A DNA stretch of 32,865 nt from Acidimicrobiales bacterium (lineage in GTDB: Bacteria > Actinomycetota > Acidimicrobiia > Acidimicrobiales > CADCSY01). Positions 24,376 through 31,913 of this stretch are shown here, piece by piece. Where the stretch lies: positions 1 through 32,865 of the forward strand of contig DASXLH010000269.1 of the NCBI GenBank assembly GCA_036496335.1, read 5' to 3'. Each line of letters starts with the position of its first letter. The first letter of the stretch is position 1. The translations under genes and the position numbers were made by a program. The notes beneath the pieces were generated by a model, which made no database searches, was not told where the DNA came from, and worked only from the letters and a program-made list of their open reading frames with translations.

Positions 24376-25125
24376 TCAGTGCGTGCCGTTGATGGTGTAG
24401 CCCCCGTCGGCGGTCAGGATCGATCCCGTCACGAAGGCCGACTCGTCCGAGGCCAGGTAGGTGGCGGCAAACGCGATGTCGTTCGGGTTGCCCAGCCGGG
24501 TGAGGTGGCCCGGGGTGATGCCCGCCCCCATGTCGCCCTTGGCCACGACCCGTCCGACGAGGATGGCGTTGCAACGGATGTTCTGCTCGGCCGTCTCGAC
24601 CGCGATGGCGCGGGTGAGGCTGTTCATGGCGCCCTTGGCGGCGGCGTAGGCGGTGAAGCCTGACATGCCGACCACCGACTGCCCGGACGTGATGTTGATG
24701 ATGGTGCCGCCGCCGGCGTCGGCCAGATGGGGGATGCCGTACTTGCAGGCCCAGAACACCGGACCCGTCACGGCCGCCTTGATGATGTAGTCCCACTCCT
24801 CGGTGGTGACCTCGGTCAGCGGCTTGATGTTGGAGCCCACCTCCACCGTGGGGGCGGCGTTGTTGACCAGCGTGGTGATCGAGCCGAACCGGTCGACCAC
24901 CGCGTCGGTCACGGAGCGCACGCTCTCCTCGCGGCTCACGTCGAGCTCGAAGAAGGCGGCCTCGCCGCCCTCGTTGGTGATCAGGTCGACCACCTTCTGG
25001 CCCCGCTCGACGGTGCGGCCGGTGACGGCGACCTTCGCCCCCTCGGCGGCGAACATCTGGGCGATCGAGCGCCCGATGCCCCGCGTCGAGCCGGACACCA
25101 ACGCAACCTTGCCTTCGAGCCGCAT
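24376..25125 (-). CDS. SDR family oxidoreductase
   Basis: The start is ATG 25125 after AAGGGGGAGG. VSGSTRGIGRS, NNAA and YAAAKGA are present. Confidence 0.85.
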   Translation of the reverse strand: MRLEGKVALVSGSTRGIGRSIAQMFAAEGAKVAVTGRTVERGQKVVDLITNEGGEAAFFELDVSREESVRSVTDAVVDRFGSITTLVNNAAPTVEVGSNIKPLTEVTTEEWDYIIKAAVTGPVFWACKYGIPHLADAGGGTIINITSGQSVVGMSGFTAYAAAKGAMNSLTRAIAVETAEQNIRCNAILVGRVVAKGDMGAGITPGHLTRLGNPNDIAFAATYLASDESAFVTGSILTADGGYTINGTH

Positions 25126-25196
25126 GGGCCTCCCCCTTGTGTGTTCCACCGACTACGACGCCGCCCCGACAGGCTGCCACGCCGGCCCCCTCCCGT

Positions 25197-25243
25197 TCTG
25201 GGCGAGGTGTTCGTACCTGCGAGATGCCAGAACCTCGCCCAGA
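25197..25243 (-). repeat. 12-bp-stem hairpin in the crotonase-SDR spacer (REP-like family member)
   Basis: TCTGGGCGAGGT (25197-25208) pairs perfectly with ACCTCGCCCAGA (25232-25243) around a 23-nt loop. On the minus strand it ends ...CCCAGAACGGGAGGGGG, nearly identical to the 3' flank of the 3934-3984 hairpin. Confidence 0.6.
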
Positions 25244-25250
25244 TCGGGTT

Positions 25251-26084
25251 TCAGCGCAGCCACGGTCCTTCGTACTGGGCGGCTCGGGCGGACTTCAGCC
25301 CGTCCATGCCCTCGGTGTCGATGATCTCCCGGAAGGTCCGGCCATCGGGGGCGGTGGCCCGCCCGCTGTTGGCCAGCGTGACGGCGTCGGCCGCCTGACC
25401 GGCCAGGCGCCCGTCGAGCTCGCCACCGGCCTCGGCCACCGCGTCGATGGCCCGCTTGTTGAGCAGGATGGCCTCCCGTGGCAGTCGCGCCAGGCGGCCG
25501 GCCAGCTCACGCGACCGGTCCATGAGCTCGGCGTCGGGTTCGACCGTGAGGACCAAGCCGATGCGGGCGGCGAGCGCGGCGTCGATCTGCTCGCCGGAGA
25601 ACATGAGGAACTTGGCCCACTGCCGACCGACGATCGGCACGAGCGGCGCCGCGCCGACCAGGCCGATGCGTCCCTCGGGCAGCCCGAACTTGGCCGACTC
25701 GGCGGCGATGATGAAGTCGCAGCTCGCCACCAGCGTCAGGGCGGCGCCCAGGCAGATGCCGTGCACGGCGGCGATCACCGGCAGCTTCGCTTCCCGGACC
25801 CGACGGTGGAACACCTCGGCCGTCTCCAGGAAGGCGTGCTGCTCGAAGGCCGTCTCCCGGCGGGCGTTGCCGGTGAGGTCACCGCCGGCGGAGAACGCCT
25901 TGCCCGCGCCGCTGATCAGCACGCAGCCCACGTCGGGATCGTCCTCGGCGTCGGTGAGGGCCCAGAGGATCTGGTCGCGCGTCCCGCCGGTACGGGCCGA
26001 GATGGGGTTGAGCTTGTCGGGCCGGTTCAGGGTGATCGCCCCGATCCCGTCGGCCTTCTCGTAGCTGATCTCGTCGAGCTCCAC
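25251..26084 (-). CDS. Enoyl-CoA hydratase/isomerase (crotonase) family protein
   Basis: The crotonase pattern is ITLNRPDKLN, AFSAGGDL, PVIAAVHGICLGAA. I prefer GTG 26084, 8 nt after GAGGGGA; the alternative is GTG 26120. Confidence 0.8.
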   Translation of the reverse strand: MELDEISYEKADGIGAITLNRPDKLNPISARTGGTRDQILWALTDAEDDPDVGCVLISGAGKAFSAGGDLTGNARRETAFEQHAFLETAEVFHRRVREAKLPVIAAVHGICLGAALTLVASCDFIIAAESAKFGLPEGRIGLVGAAPLVPIVGRQWAKFLMFSGEQIDAALAARIGLVLTVEPDAELMDRSRELAGRLARLPREAILLNKRAIDAVAEAGGELDGRLAGQAADAVTLANSGRATAPDGRTFREIIDTEGMDGLKSARAAQYEGPWLR

Positions 26085-26213
26085 CGACCTGTTCCCCTCT
26101 GCGCTCCGGCGCCCTGGCACCGATTCCGTCTCCGGCCGAGATGCGCCCGATGGCGGCCCGACCGGTTGTCCGCTGACCGGGTCCCGTCGGCGAGGCGACG
26201 ACCTTGCGGGGCC

Positions 26214-28307
26214 GTGCGTACAGTCCCCCCGGTGGACCGGTCGAACCTAGCGCGCCTCCTCTCACCCGCCTCGATCGCCGTCGTCGGCGCCAGCGAGAAC
26301 CTCGGGATGTCCAACAACGCCGTGCTCCCCATGCTCGACGCAGGGCGGTCGGTGCACCTCGTCAACCCGAACCGCGACACCCTCTACGGCCAGGCGACCC
26401 ACAAGAGCCTCACCGATGTCGGTGAGCCGGTCGACGCCGTGCTGTCCCTCGTCAGCGCCGAGCGGTCGATCGGCGTGATCTCCGAAGCCGTGGCCCTCGG
26501 CTGCGGGGGCGTGGTCGTGGCGGCCGGCGGCTTCGCCGAGCTGGGCGACGAGGGCCGCGCCCTGCAGGCCCGGTTGGTGGAGGCGGCGGGCGACCAGCTG
26601 GCCATCGTGGGACCCAACTGCAGCGGCTTCATGAACGTGACGACGGGCGCCAACCTCTTCACCGGCGGGCGCATCACGCTGCGGCCCGGTGGCGTCGCGG
26701 TCATCTCCCAGAGCGGCTTCCTGCTCCGCAGCTGCCTGGCCGCGGGCCAGCAGCGCCAGCTCGCCTTCGGCGTGGCGGTGTCGTCGGGCAACGAGGCCGT
26801 GTGCGGCCTGGCCGATTACATCGCCCACCTGGCCGACGATCCGGCCACCCGGGTGATCTGCCTCGTCATCGAGAAGATCCGCGAGGCGCAGCCCTTCTTC
26901 GAGGCGGTGCGGGTGGCCCGACTGGCCGGCAAGGCGGTCGTCGCCCTCAAGCTGGGCCGCACCGAGCGGTCGCGCGACATCATGCGCTCGCACACGGGGG
27001 CGATCGCCAACGAGAGCTGGGTGTACGACCTCGTGCTGCGCCAGGCCGGCGTCGTGACCGCCACCGACATCGACGATCTGCTCGACAAGGCCACGCTGCT
27101 GGCCCAGCTCCCGCCCGAGCAGTGGCGTCCCATCCGCAACGTGGCCGTGATGGCCTCGTCGGGCGGCGTGGCCGGCATCGCCGCCGATACGGGGGTCGAG
27201 GAGGGCGTCGAGCTCCCGAGCCTCGAGGCCCTGGAGGCCTGGGTGCGGGAGCGGATCCCGGGCGAGGACGGCAGCCTGAACCCGCTCGACCTGACCGGCT
27301 TCGTGATGCGCGACCGTGAGCTGCTCACGGAGATGTTCACCGGCTACGCCGAAGCCGACGACGTCGACGCCCTGATCCTGTGCTGGTGGGCGGCCGAGGG
27401 CGACGAGGGTTGGGCCAAGACCCTGCTCGACCCCTTCGCCGACGTGGCCGAGAAGGTGTCGGTACCGCTGATCGTCAGCCCCGTCGAGGCCACCTCCATC
27501 GGTGGCTGGACCGACCAGTTCCGCACCCGAGGAGTGTCCTTCTCCCGCGGTCTGCGCTCCACCTACCGGGCCGTCAAGGCGCTCGACGCGGTGGCCTCGG
27601 CGGCGGCGCCGGCGACGCGGCCTTCGGTGGCACCCGACGATGTCGCGCCGCCGACCCTCCTCGACAGCGAGGCCGGCCGCATCGCCTCCTTCGCCGACTC
27701 GATGGCGATGCTCGAGGCCGCCGGCGTCCCGGTTGCGCCCTATGTGGTGCTGGTCGACGGCGTGGTCGACGATCCGGCCATCGCCGCCCTGGGCGACCGG
27801 CTCGTGGTCAAGCTGGCCGACGTACCCCACCGCACCGAGCTGGGGGCCGTCCGGTTGGGCGTGGCTCCGGCCGAGGTGGCGGGCGCGGTGGCCGAGCTCC
27901 GGGCCATCGCCTCGTCCCACGGCGTGCCGGCCACGATCGCGGTCCAGAAGATGGTGGCCGGGCACGGCGAGGCGTTCATCGGGCTCCAGGCCCGCACCGA
28001 CCTCGGTCCCGTGCTGCTCTTCGGTCGCGGCGGGGTGCTGCTCGAGGTCGCCCCTCGCGTCGACGGGCGGCTGCTGCCGCTCGTCGACGGCGCTGCCACG
28101 TCGGTGGTCGAGGCCGTCGCCGGCGACGTGGCCGGCCTCCGGGGCCAGAAGGCCTGGGACAGCGATCCCCTGGTCGGCGCGGTCGAGGGGGTCGCCCGCC
28201 TCTGGCAGTCGACGGGTTCGTGGCTCGGCTCCGCCGACCTCAACCCACTCGTCGTCACCGTCGACGGCGTGGTCGCCGTCGACGCCCTCCTCGTTGCTTA
28301 CGACTGA
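26214..28307 (+). CDS. ADP-forming acyl-CoA synthetase (acetate-CoA ligase family; CoA-binding + ligase-CoA + ATP-grasp domains)
   Basis: LLSPASIAVVGAS, IVGPNCSGFMN and SGNEA are present, with a C-terminal ATP-grasp segment. The start is GTG 26214 or GTG 26232. The first about 360 codons of the 1056-aa track ORF overlap the opposite-strand genes and are rejected. Confidence 0.8.
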   Translation: MRTVPPVDRSNLARLLSPASIAVVGASENLGMSNNAVLPMLDAGRSVHLVNPNRDTLYGQATHKSLTDVGEPVDAVLSLVSAERSIGVISEAVALGCGGVVVAAGGFAELGDEGRALQARLVEAAGDQLAIVGPNCSGFMNVTTGANLFTGGRITLRPGGVAVISQSGFLLRSCLAAGQQRQLAFGVAVSSGNEAVCGLADYIAHLADDPATRVICLVIEKIREAQPFFEAVRVARLAGKAVVALKLGRTERSRDIMRSHTGAIANESWVYDLVLRQAGVVTATDIDDLLDKATLLAQLPPEQWRPIRNVAVMASSGGVAGIAADTGVEEGVELPSLEALEAWVRERIPGEDGSLNPLDLTGFVMRDRELLTEMFTGYAEADDVDALILCWWAAEGDEGWAKTLLDPFADVAEKVSVPLIVSPVEATSIGGWTDQFRTRGVSFSRGLRSTYRAVKALDAVASAAAPATRPSVAPDDVAPPTLLDSEAGRIASFADSMAMLEAAGVPVAPYVVLVDGVVDDPAIAALGDRLVVKLADVPHRTELGAVRLGVAPAEVAGAVAELRAIASSHGVPATIAVQKMVAGHGEAFIGLQARTDLGPVLLFGRGGVLLEVAPRVDGRLLPLVDGAATSVVEAVAGDVAGLRGQKAWDSDPLVGAVEGVARLWQSTGSWLGSADLNPLVVTVDGVVAVDALLVAYD

Positions 28308-28330
28308 GCCCGAGTCGAACCACCCACCGA

Positions 28331-28505
28331 CCGAACCGGGTGCGGGCGAGGTACGGAGCGCGCTTCACCGGCACCCAGAACGCATCCTGAACCGAACCGG
28401 GTGCCACTGAAGTACCCAGCGCGCTCCACCGGCACCCAGAAACGAGTCCCGATCCGAACCGGGTGCCACTGAAGTACGGAGCGCGCTTCAGCGGCACCCA
28501 GAACG
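28331..28505 (+). repeat. Three tandem ~61-bp units, each an imperfect hairpin (REP-like array)
   Basis: The units start with CCGAACCGGG at 28331, 28392 and 28454 (periods 61 and 62 bp, not multiples of 3). Each ends with GGCACCCAGA(A)ACG. The best stem is in unit 3, where GGGTGCCACTGAAG (28461-28474) pairs with CTTCAGCGGCACCC (28486-28499) at 13 of 14 positions around an 11-nt loop. Confidence 0.9.
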
Positions 28506-28555
28506 AGGTGGCTGCCTTCGCCGAGCGCGGGGCCGCCCGTCTAACGTCCGGCGCC

Positions 28556-29548
28556 ATGGCTGACTCCTTCCGCGCGTTCACCGCCACCCAGGACGGCGAC
28601 GCCGTCACCCGGGCGATCGGCGAGATGTCGGTCGACGACCTGCCCGCCGACGGGCTGCTGGTCGCCGTCGAGCGCACCAGCGTCAACTACAAGGACGGGT
28701 TGGCGACGATCCCCAAGGGTCGGGTGGCCCGCATCTCACCGCTCATCCCCGGCATCGACCTGGCCGGCACGGTCACGGGGGAGGGGAGCGCGGCGTTCCC
28801 CACCGGCACCAAGGTGCTGGCCCACGGCTACGACCTGGGTGTGTCCCGCCACGGCGGTTTCGCCGAGCTGGCCCGGGTTCCGGAGGAGTGGCTGGTGAAG
28901 CTGCCCGACGGCCTCGACGCCCGCGAGGCGATGGGCATCGGCACGGCCGGCTTCACGGCCGCGCTGTCGATCCTCGAGCTGCAGGAGCGGGGCCTCGCCC
29001 CGGCCGACGGACCGGTGCTCGTCACCGGCGCCACCGGCGGCGTGGGCAGCATCGCGGTGAGCATCCTCTCGACGCTCGGCTACGAGGTGACGGCCAGCAG
29101 CGGGAAGGCCGAGGCCGAGCCCTACCTGCGCTCGCTCGGGGCGTCGAACATCATCGCCCGTGAGGAGCTGGCCGCCGAGGGCAAGGCCCTCGACTCCGCC
29201 ACCTACGCCGGTGCGGTCGACTGCGTCGGCGGCACCACGCTCGCCAACGTGCTCTCCAAGCTCAAGTACGGCGCTTCCGTGGCAGCCAGCGGCAACACCG
29301 GCGGCATGGCCGTCCCCACCACGGTGATGCCCTTCATCCTCCGGGGCGTCTCGCTGCTGGGCATCGACTCGGTGGCGGCACCGATCGAACGCCGGCGGAA
29401 GGTCTGGGACCTGATCGCCACCTCCATGCGCCCGGCCGGGCTCGCCGATGTGATCAAGGACATCCCCCTCGGCGGTCTCGAGGCCGCCCTCGACTCGATC
29501 CTGGCCGGTGGCGTCACCGGTCGGACGGTGGTCGACGTCACCGCCTAG
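28556..29548 (+). CDS. acuI: YhdH/AcuI family NADPH-dependent acrylyl-CoA reductase (MDR superfamily)
   Basis: The start at ATG 28556 aligns with the N-terminus of E. coli YhdH. It is strongly collinear with YhdH blocks: SVNYKDGLA, IPGIDLAGTV, HGGFAELARV, DAREAMGIGTAGFTAALS, VTGATGGVGS and PTTVMPFILRGV. The track ORF start at 28463 lies inside the repeat array. Confidence 0.85.
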   Translation: MADSFRAFTATQDGDAVTRAIGEMSVDDLPADGLLVAVERTSVNYKDGLATIPKGRVARISPLIPGIDLAGTVTGEGSAAFPTGTKVLAHGYDLGVSRHGGFAELARVPEEWLVKLPDGLDAREAMGIGTAGFTAALSILELQERGLAPADGPVLVTGATGGVGSIAVSILSTLGYEVTASSGKAEAEPYLRSLGASNIIAREELAAEGKALDSATYAGAVDCVGGTTLANVLSKLKYGASVAASGNTGGMAVPTTVMPFILRGVSLLGIDSVAAPIERRRKVWDLIATSMRPAGLADVIKDIPLGGLEAALDSILAGGVTGRTVVDVTA

Positions 29549-29630
29549 TCACGCCGGGGCTGCGGAGGGGTGGCCGTGTGCTGGCATCCTGTAGGCAACC
29601 CCGGCGCCGGGGTGGAGAGGGGAGCTTTCG

Positions 29631-30284
29631 ATGACGGTCACTCCTGACACGCAGGGAACGGTCGAGGACGAGGCGGCGACGCTCGACGGGCTCGAGCCGG
29701 CCGACGAGGCGTTGCGCCCCGGCAAGCCGGCGATGCTGAGCCACGTCGCCTACATCACCCGCGACACCGCCGCCACGGCCGACTTCTACACCCGGCTCAT
29801 GGGCATGGAGCTGGTCAACGCCGTGCTCGACGACGCCATCCCGTCGACCGGCGAGCCCATCCCCTACTTCCACTCCTTCTTCCGGATGAGCGACGGCTCG
29901 ACGGTGGCCTTCTTCGAGGCCCCTGAGCTCCCGCCCCTCGGGCCGCCGCCCCACCAGGCCTATGACACGTTCCAGCACCTGGCCCTCCAGGTCGACAGCC
30001 CGGCGACGGTCGACACCTGGAACACCTGGCTGCAGGCCAACGGCGTCGAGGTCCTCGGCCCGGTCGACCACAAGATCATCTACTCGATCTACTTCCACGA
30101 CCCCAACGGCATCCGCCTCGAGATCACGGCGCCCACCTCGCCGCTGTGGAACGACAACGCCGCCCACGCCGCCACCCAGCTCGACGACTGGAACACCGTG
30201 AAGGAGCGGGCCGAGAAGTCGGGCGACGACATGGTCACGACCCTGCACGCGCTGGCGGCCGAGCGGAGCCACCGCCGGTCATGA
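29631..30284 (+). CDS. VOC (glyoxalase/bleomycin-resistance/extradiol dioxygenase) family protein
   Basis: 217 aa, with an RBS GGAGAGGGGA. The paired beta-alpha-beta-beta-beta pattern is LSHVAYITRD...FYTRLMGMEL and FQHLALQV...IYFHDPNGIRLEI. Confidence 0.7.
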   Translation: MTVTPDTQGTVEDEAATLDGLEPADEALRPGKPAMLSHVAYITRDTAATADFYTRLMGMELVNAVLDDAIPSTGEPIPYFHSFFRMSDGSTVAFFEAPELPPLGPPPHQAYDTFQHLALQVDSPATVDTWNTWLQANGVEVLGPVDHKIIYSIYFHDPNGIRLEITAPTSPLWNDNAAHAATQLDDWNTVKERAEKSGDDMVTTLHALAAERSHRRS

Positions 30285-31477
30285 TCGAGATCCCGAAGCT
30301 GGTCAGCGTCGACGACCACGTCGTCGAGCCACCTCACGTCTGGGAGACCTGGCTGCCGGCCAAGTACCGGGACCGTGGGCCGAAGGTGGTCCGCCGGGGC
30401 ATCGGCGGCATCGACTACGTGGGCACGGCCAGCTACGTCGAGCACTTCGACGACGACTCGCCCACCAAGGTCGACTGCTGGCTCTACGAGGACCTCGTCT
30501 ACACGCACAAGCGCATGGTCGCCGCCGTCGGGTACCCGAAGGAGGAGATGACCCTCACGCCCATCACCTACGACGACATGCGCCCGGGTTGCTTCGATCC
30601 GAAGGAGCGCCTCGCCGACATGGACGCCGGTTGGGTCGAGGCGTCGATGTGCTTCCCGACCCTGCCCCGGTTCTGCGGACAGACCTTCTACGAGGGTCAC
30701 GACAAGGAGCTCGGCCTGGCCTGCGTGAAGGCCTACAACGACTGGATGGTCGAAGAGTGGTGCGGCGACTCCGGTGGCCGGCTCATCCCCCTCGGGATCA
30801 TCCCGCTGTGGGACGCCGACCTGGCCGCCGCCGAGGTGCGTCGCAACGCCGAGCGGGGCGTGCACGCCGTCTGCTTCAGCGAGCTGCCGTACCACCTCGG
30901 CCTGCCCACCATCCACAGCGGGTTCTGGGAGCCGTTCTTCGCGGCGTGCGCCGAGACCAAGACGGCGGTCGCCATGCACATCGGCTCGTCGTCGAAGATG
31001 CCGGCGGCCTCGCCGGACGCACCGCCGTCGGTGAGCGCCACCTTGGCCTTCGGCAACGCCATGTCGTCGATGATCGACTTCCTGATGTCCGGCCTGCTGG
31101 TCGAGCACCCGGAGCTGAAGCTGCTCTACGCCGAGAGCCAGATCGGCTGGATCCCCTACGCGCTGCAGCGGGTCGACCAGGTGTGGGAGGACAACCAGGG
31201 CTGGGCCCAGACGAAGCACATCCCGGAGCCGCCCTCGACCTACTACTACCGCTCGATCTACGGCTGCTTCATCAACGACGCCCATGGGCTCAACTCGCTC
31301 GACGAGATCGGTGTCGGGAACGTCACGGCCGAGACGGACTACCCCCATTCCGACTCGAGCTGGCCCGACACCAAGGAGATCGTCACCAAGCTGGTCGCCG
31401 GCCTGAAGGACGACGAGATCACCGCCGTCCTGCGGGGCAACGCCATCAAGCTCCTCCAGCTCGACCTGCAGCCGTAG
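30281..31477 (+). CDS. Amidohydrolase-2 (ACMSD/metal-dependent hydrolase/decarboxylase) family protein
   Basis: ATG 30281 overlaps the VOC stop (ATGA). The N-terminal LVSVDDHVVEPPHVW, then AVCFSELP, and the distal ETDYPHSDS metal-ligand region fit the family. Confidence 0.75.
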   Translation: MIEIPKLVSVDDHVVEPPHVWETWLPAKYRDRGPKVVRRGIGGIDYVGTASYVEHFDDDSPTKVDCWLYEDLVYTHKRMVAAVGYPKEEMTLTPITYDDMRPGCFDPKERLADMDAGWVEASMCFPTLPRFCGQTFYEGHDKELGLACVKAYNDWMVEEWCGDSGGRLIPLGIIPLWDADLAAAEVRRNAERGVHAVCFSELPYHLGLPTIHSGFWEPFFAACAETKTAVAMHIGSSSKMPAASPDAPPSVSATLAFGNAMSSMIDFLMSGLLVEHPELKLLYAESQIGWIPYALQRVDQVWEDNQGWAQTKHIPEPPSTYYYRSIYGCFINDAHGLNSLDEIGVGNVTAETDYPHSDSSWPDTKEIVTKLVAGLKDDEITAVLRGNAIKLLQLDLQP

Positions 31478-31490
31478 CGAGAGGGAAGCC

Positions 31491-31877
31491 ATGGACGAGG
31501 ACAGCGCCAGCCCGGCCAAGACGAACGTCCTTGACACGCTCGGCGCCGTGCGCGACTCGCTCTCGGTGCGGCGGGTGTTCGGCGATCCGTACGAGGTCGG
31601 GGACACCACCGTCATCCCGGTGGCCGTCGTGCGGGGTGGTGCCGGCGGTGGGAGCGGCGAGGGCAGCGGTCCCGACGGGATGGGGATGGGGTCGGGGAAC
31701 GGCATGGGCTTCGGGGTGATCGCCCGGCCGCTCGGCGTCTACCGGGTGCAAGGCGACTCCGTCGAGTGGATCCCGGCGGTCGACGTCACCGGCATCACCC
31801 TCGCTCAGCTGCTGCTGGCCGGGCTGGCGGTGGTCTCCCTCCGGGGCCTGCTCCGCCGCCGGCGGCGCCGGCACTGA
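31491..31877 (+). CDS. GerW/YtfJ family protein with a C-terminal hydrophobic helix and poly-Arg tail
   Basis: 128 aa. RRVFGDPYEVGDTTVIPVAVV is followed by a Gly-rich loop, then RPLGVYRVQGDSVEWIP, as in YtfJ/GerW proteins. The tail is LLLAGLAVVSLRGLLRRRRRRH. Confidence 0.6.
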   Translation: MDEDSASPAKTNVLDTLGAVRDSLSVRRVFGDPYEVGDTTVIPVAVVRGGAGGGSGEGSGPDGMGMGSGNGMGFGVIARPLGVYRVQGDSVEWIPAVDVTGITLAQLLLAGLAVVSLRGLLRRRRRRH

Positions 31878-31913
31878 CGTGACCCCCTTCGCCTGATCGG
31901 GTAGGGCTGGAGG

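Noticed and set aside
25137-26213. N-terminal ~360 codons of the 1056-aa + ORF
   Set aside because: This part overlaps the minus-strand crotonase gene and its spacer and has no similarity to acyl-CoA synthetase N-termini. The family-typical N-terminus (LLSPASIAVVGAS) begins just after GTG 26214/26232.
26262-27965. 567-aa - strand ORF
   Set aside because: It is an antisense shadow of the ADP-forming acyl-CoA synthetase.
28331-28505. Possible CRISPR array
   Set aside because: There are only three units, they are directly contiguous with no unique spacers, the period is 61-62 bp, the copies have diverged from one another, and no cas genes are present. The array is better described as a REP-like tandem hairpin array.
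28463-28555. Upstream extension of the acuI ORF (MPLKYGARFSGTQNE...)
   Set aside because: The extension lies inside repeat unit 3. The YhdH-aligned N-terminus begins at ATG 28556.
29599-29612. Perfect 14-bp palindrome CCCCGGCGCCGGGG upstream of the VOC gene
   Set aside because: It is a short GC-only palindrome that is easily produced by composition. It could be a weak terminator or operator, but there is no second copy or supporting context.
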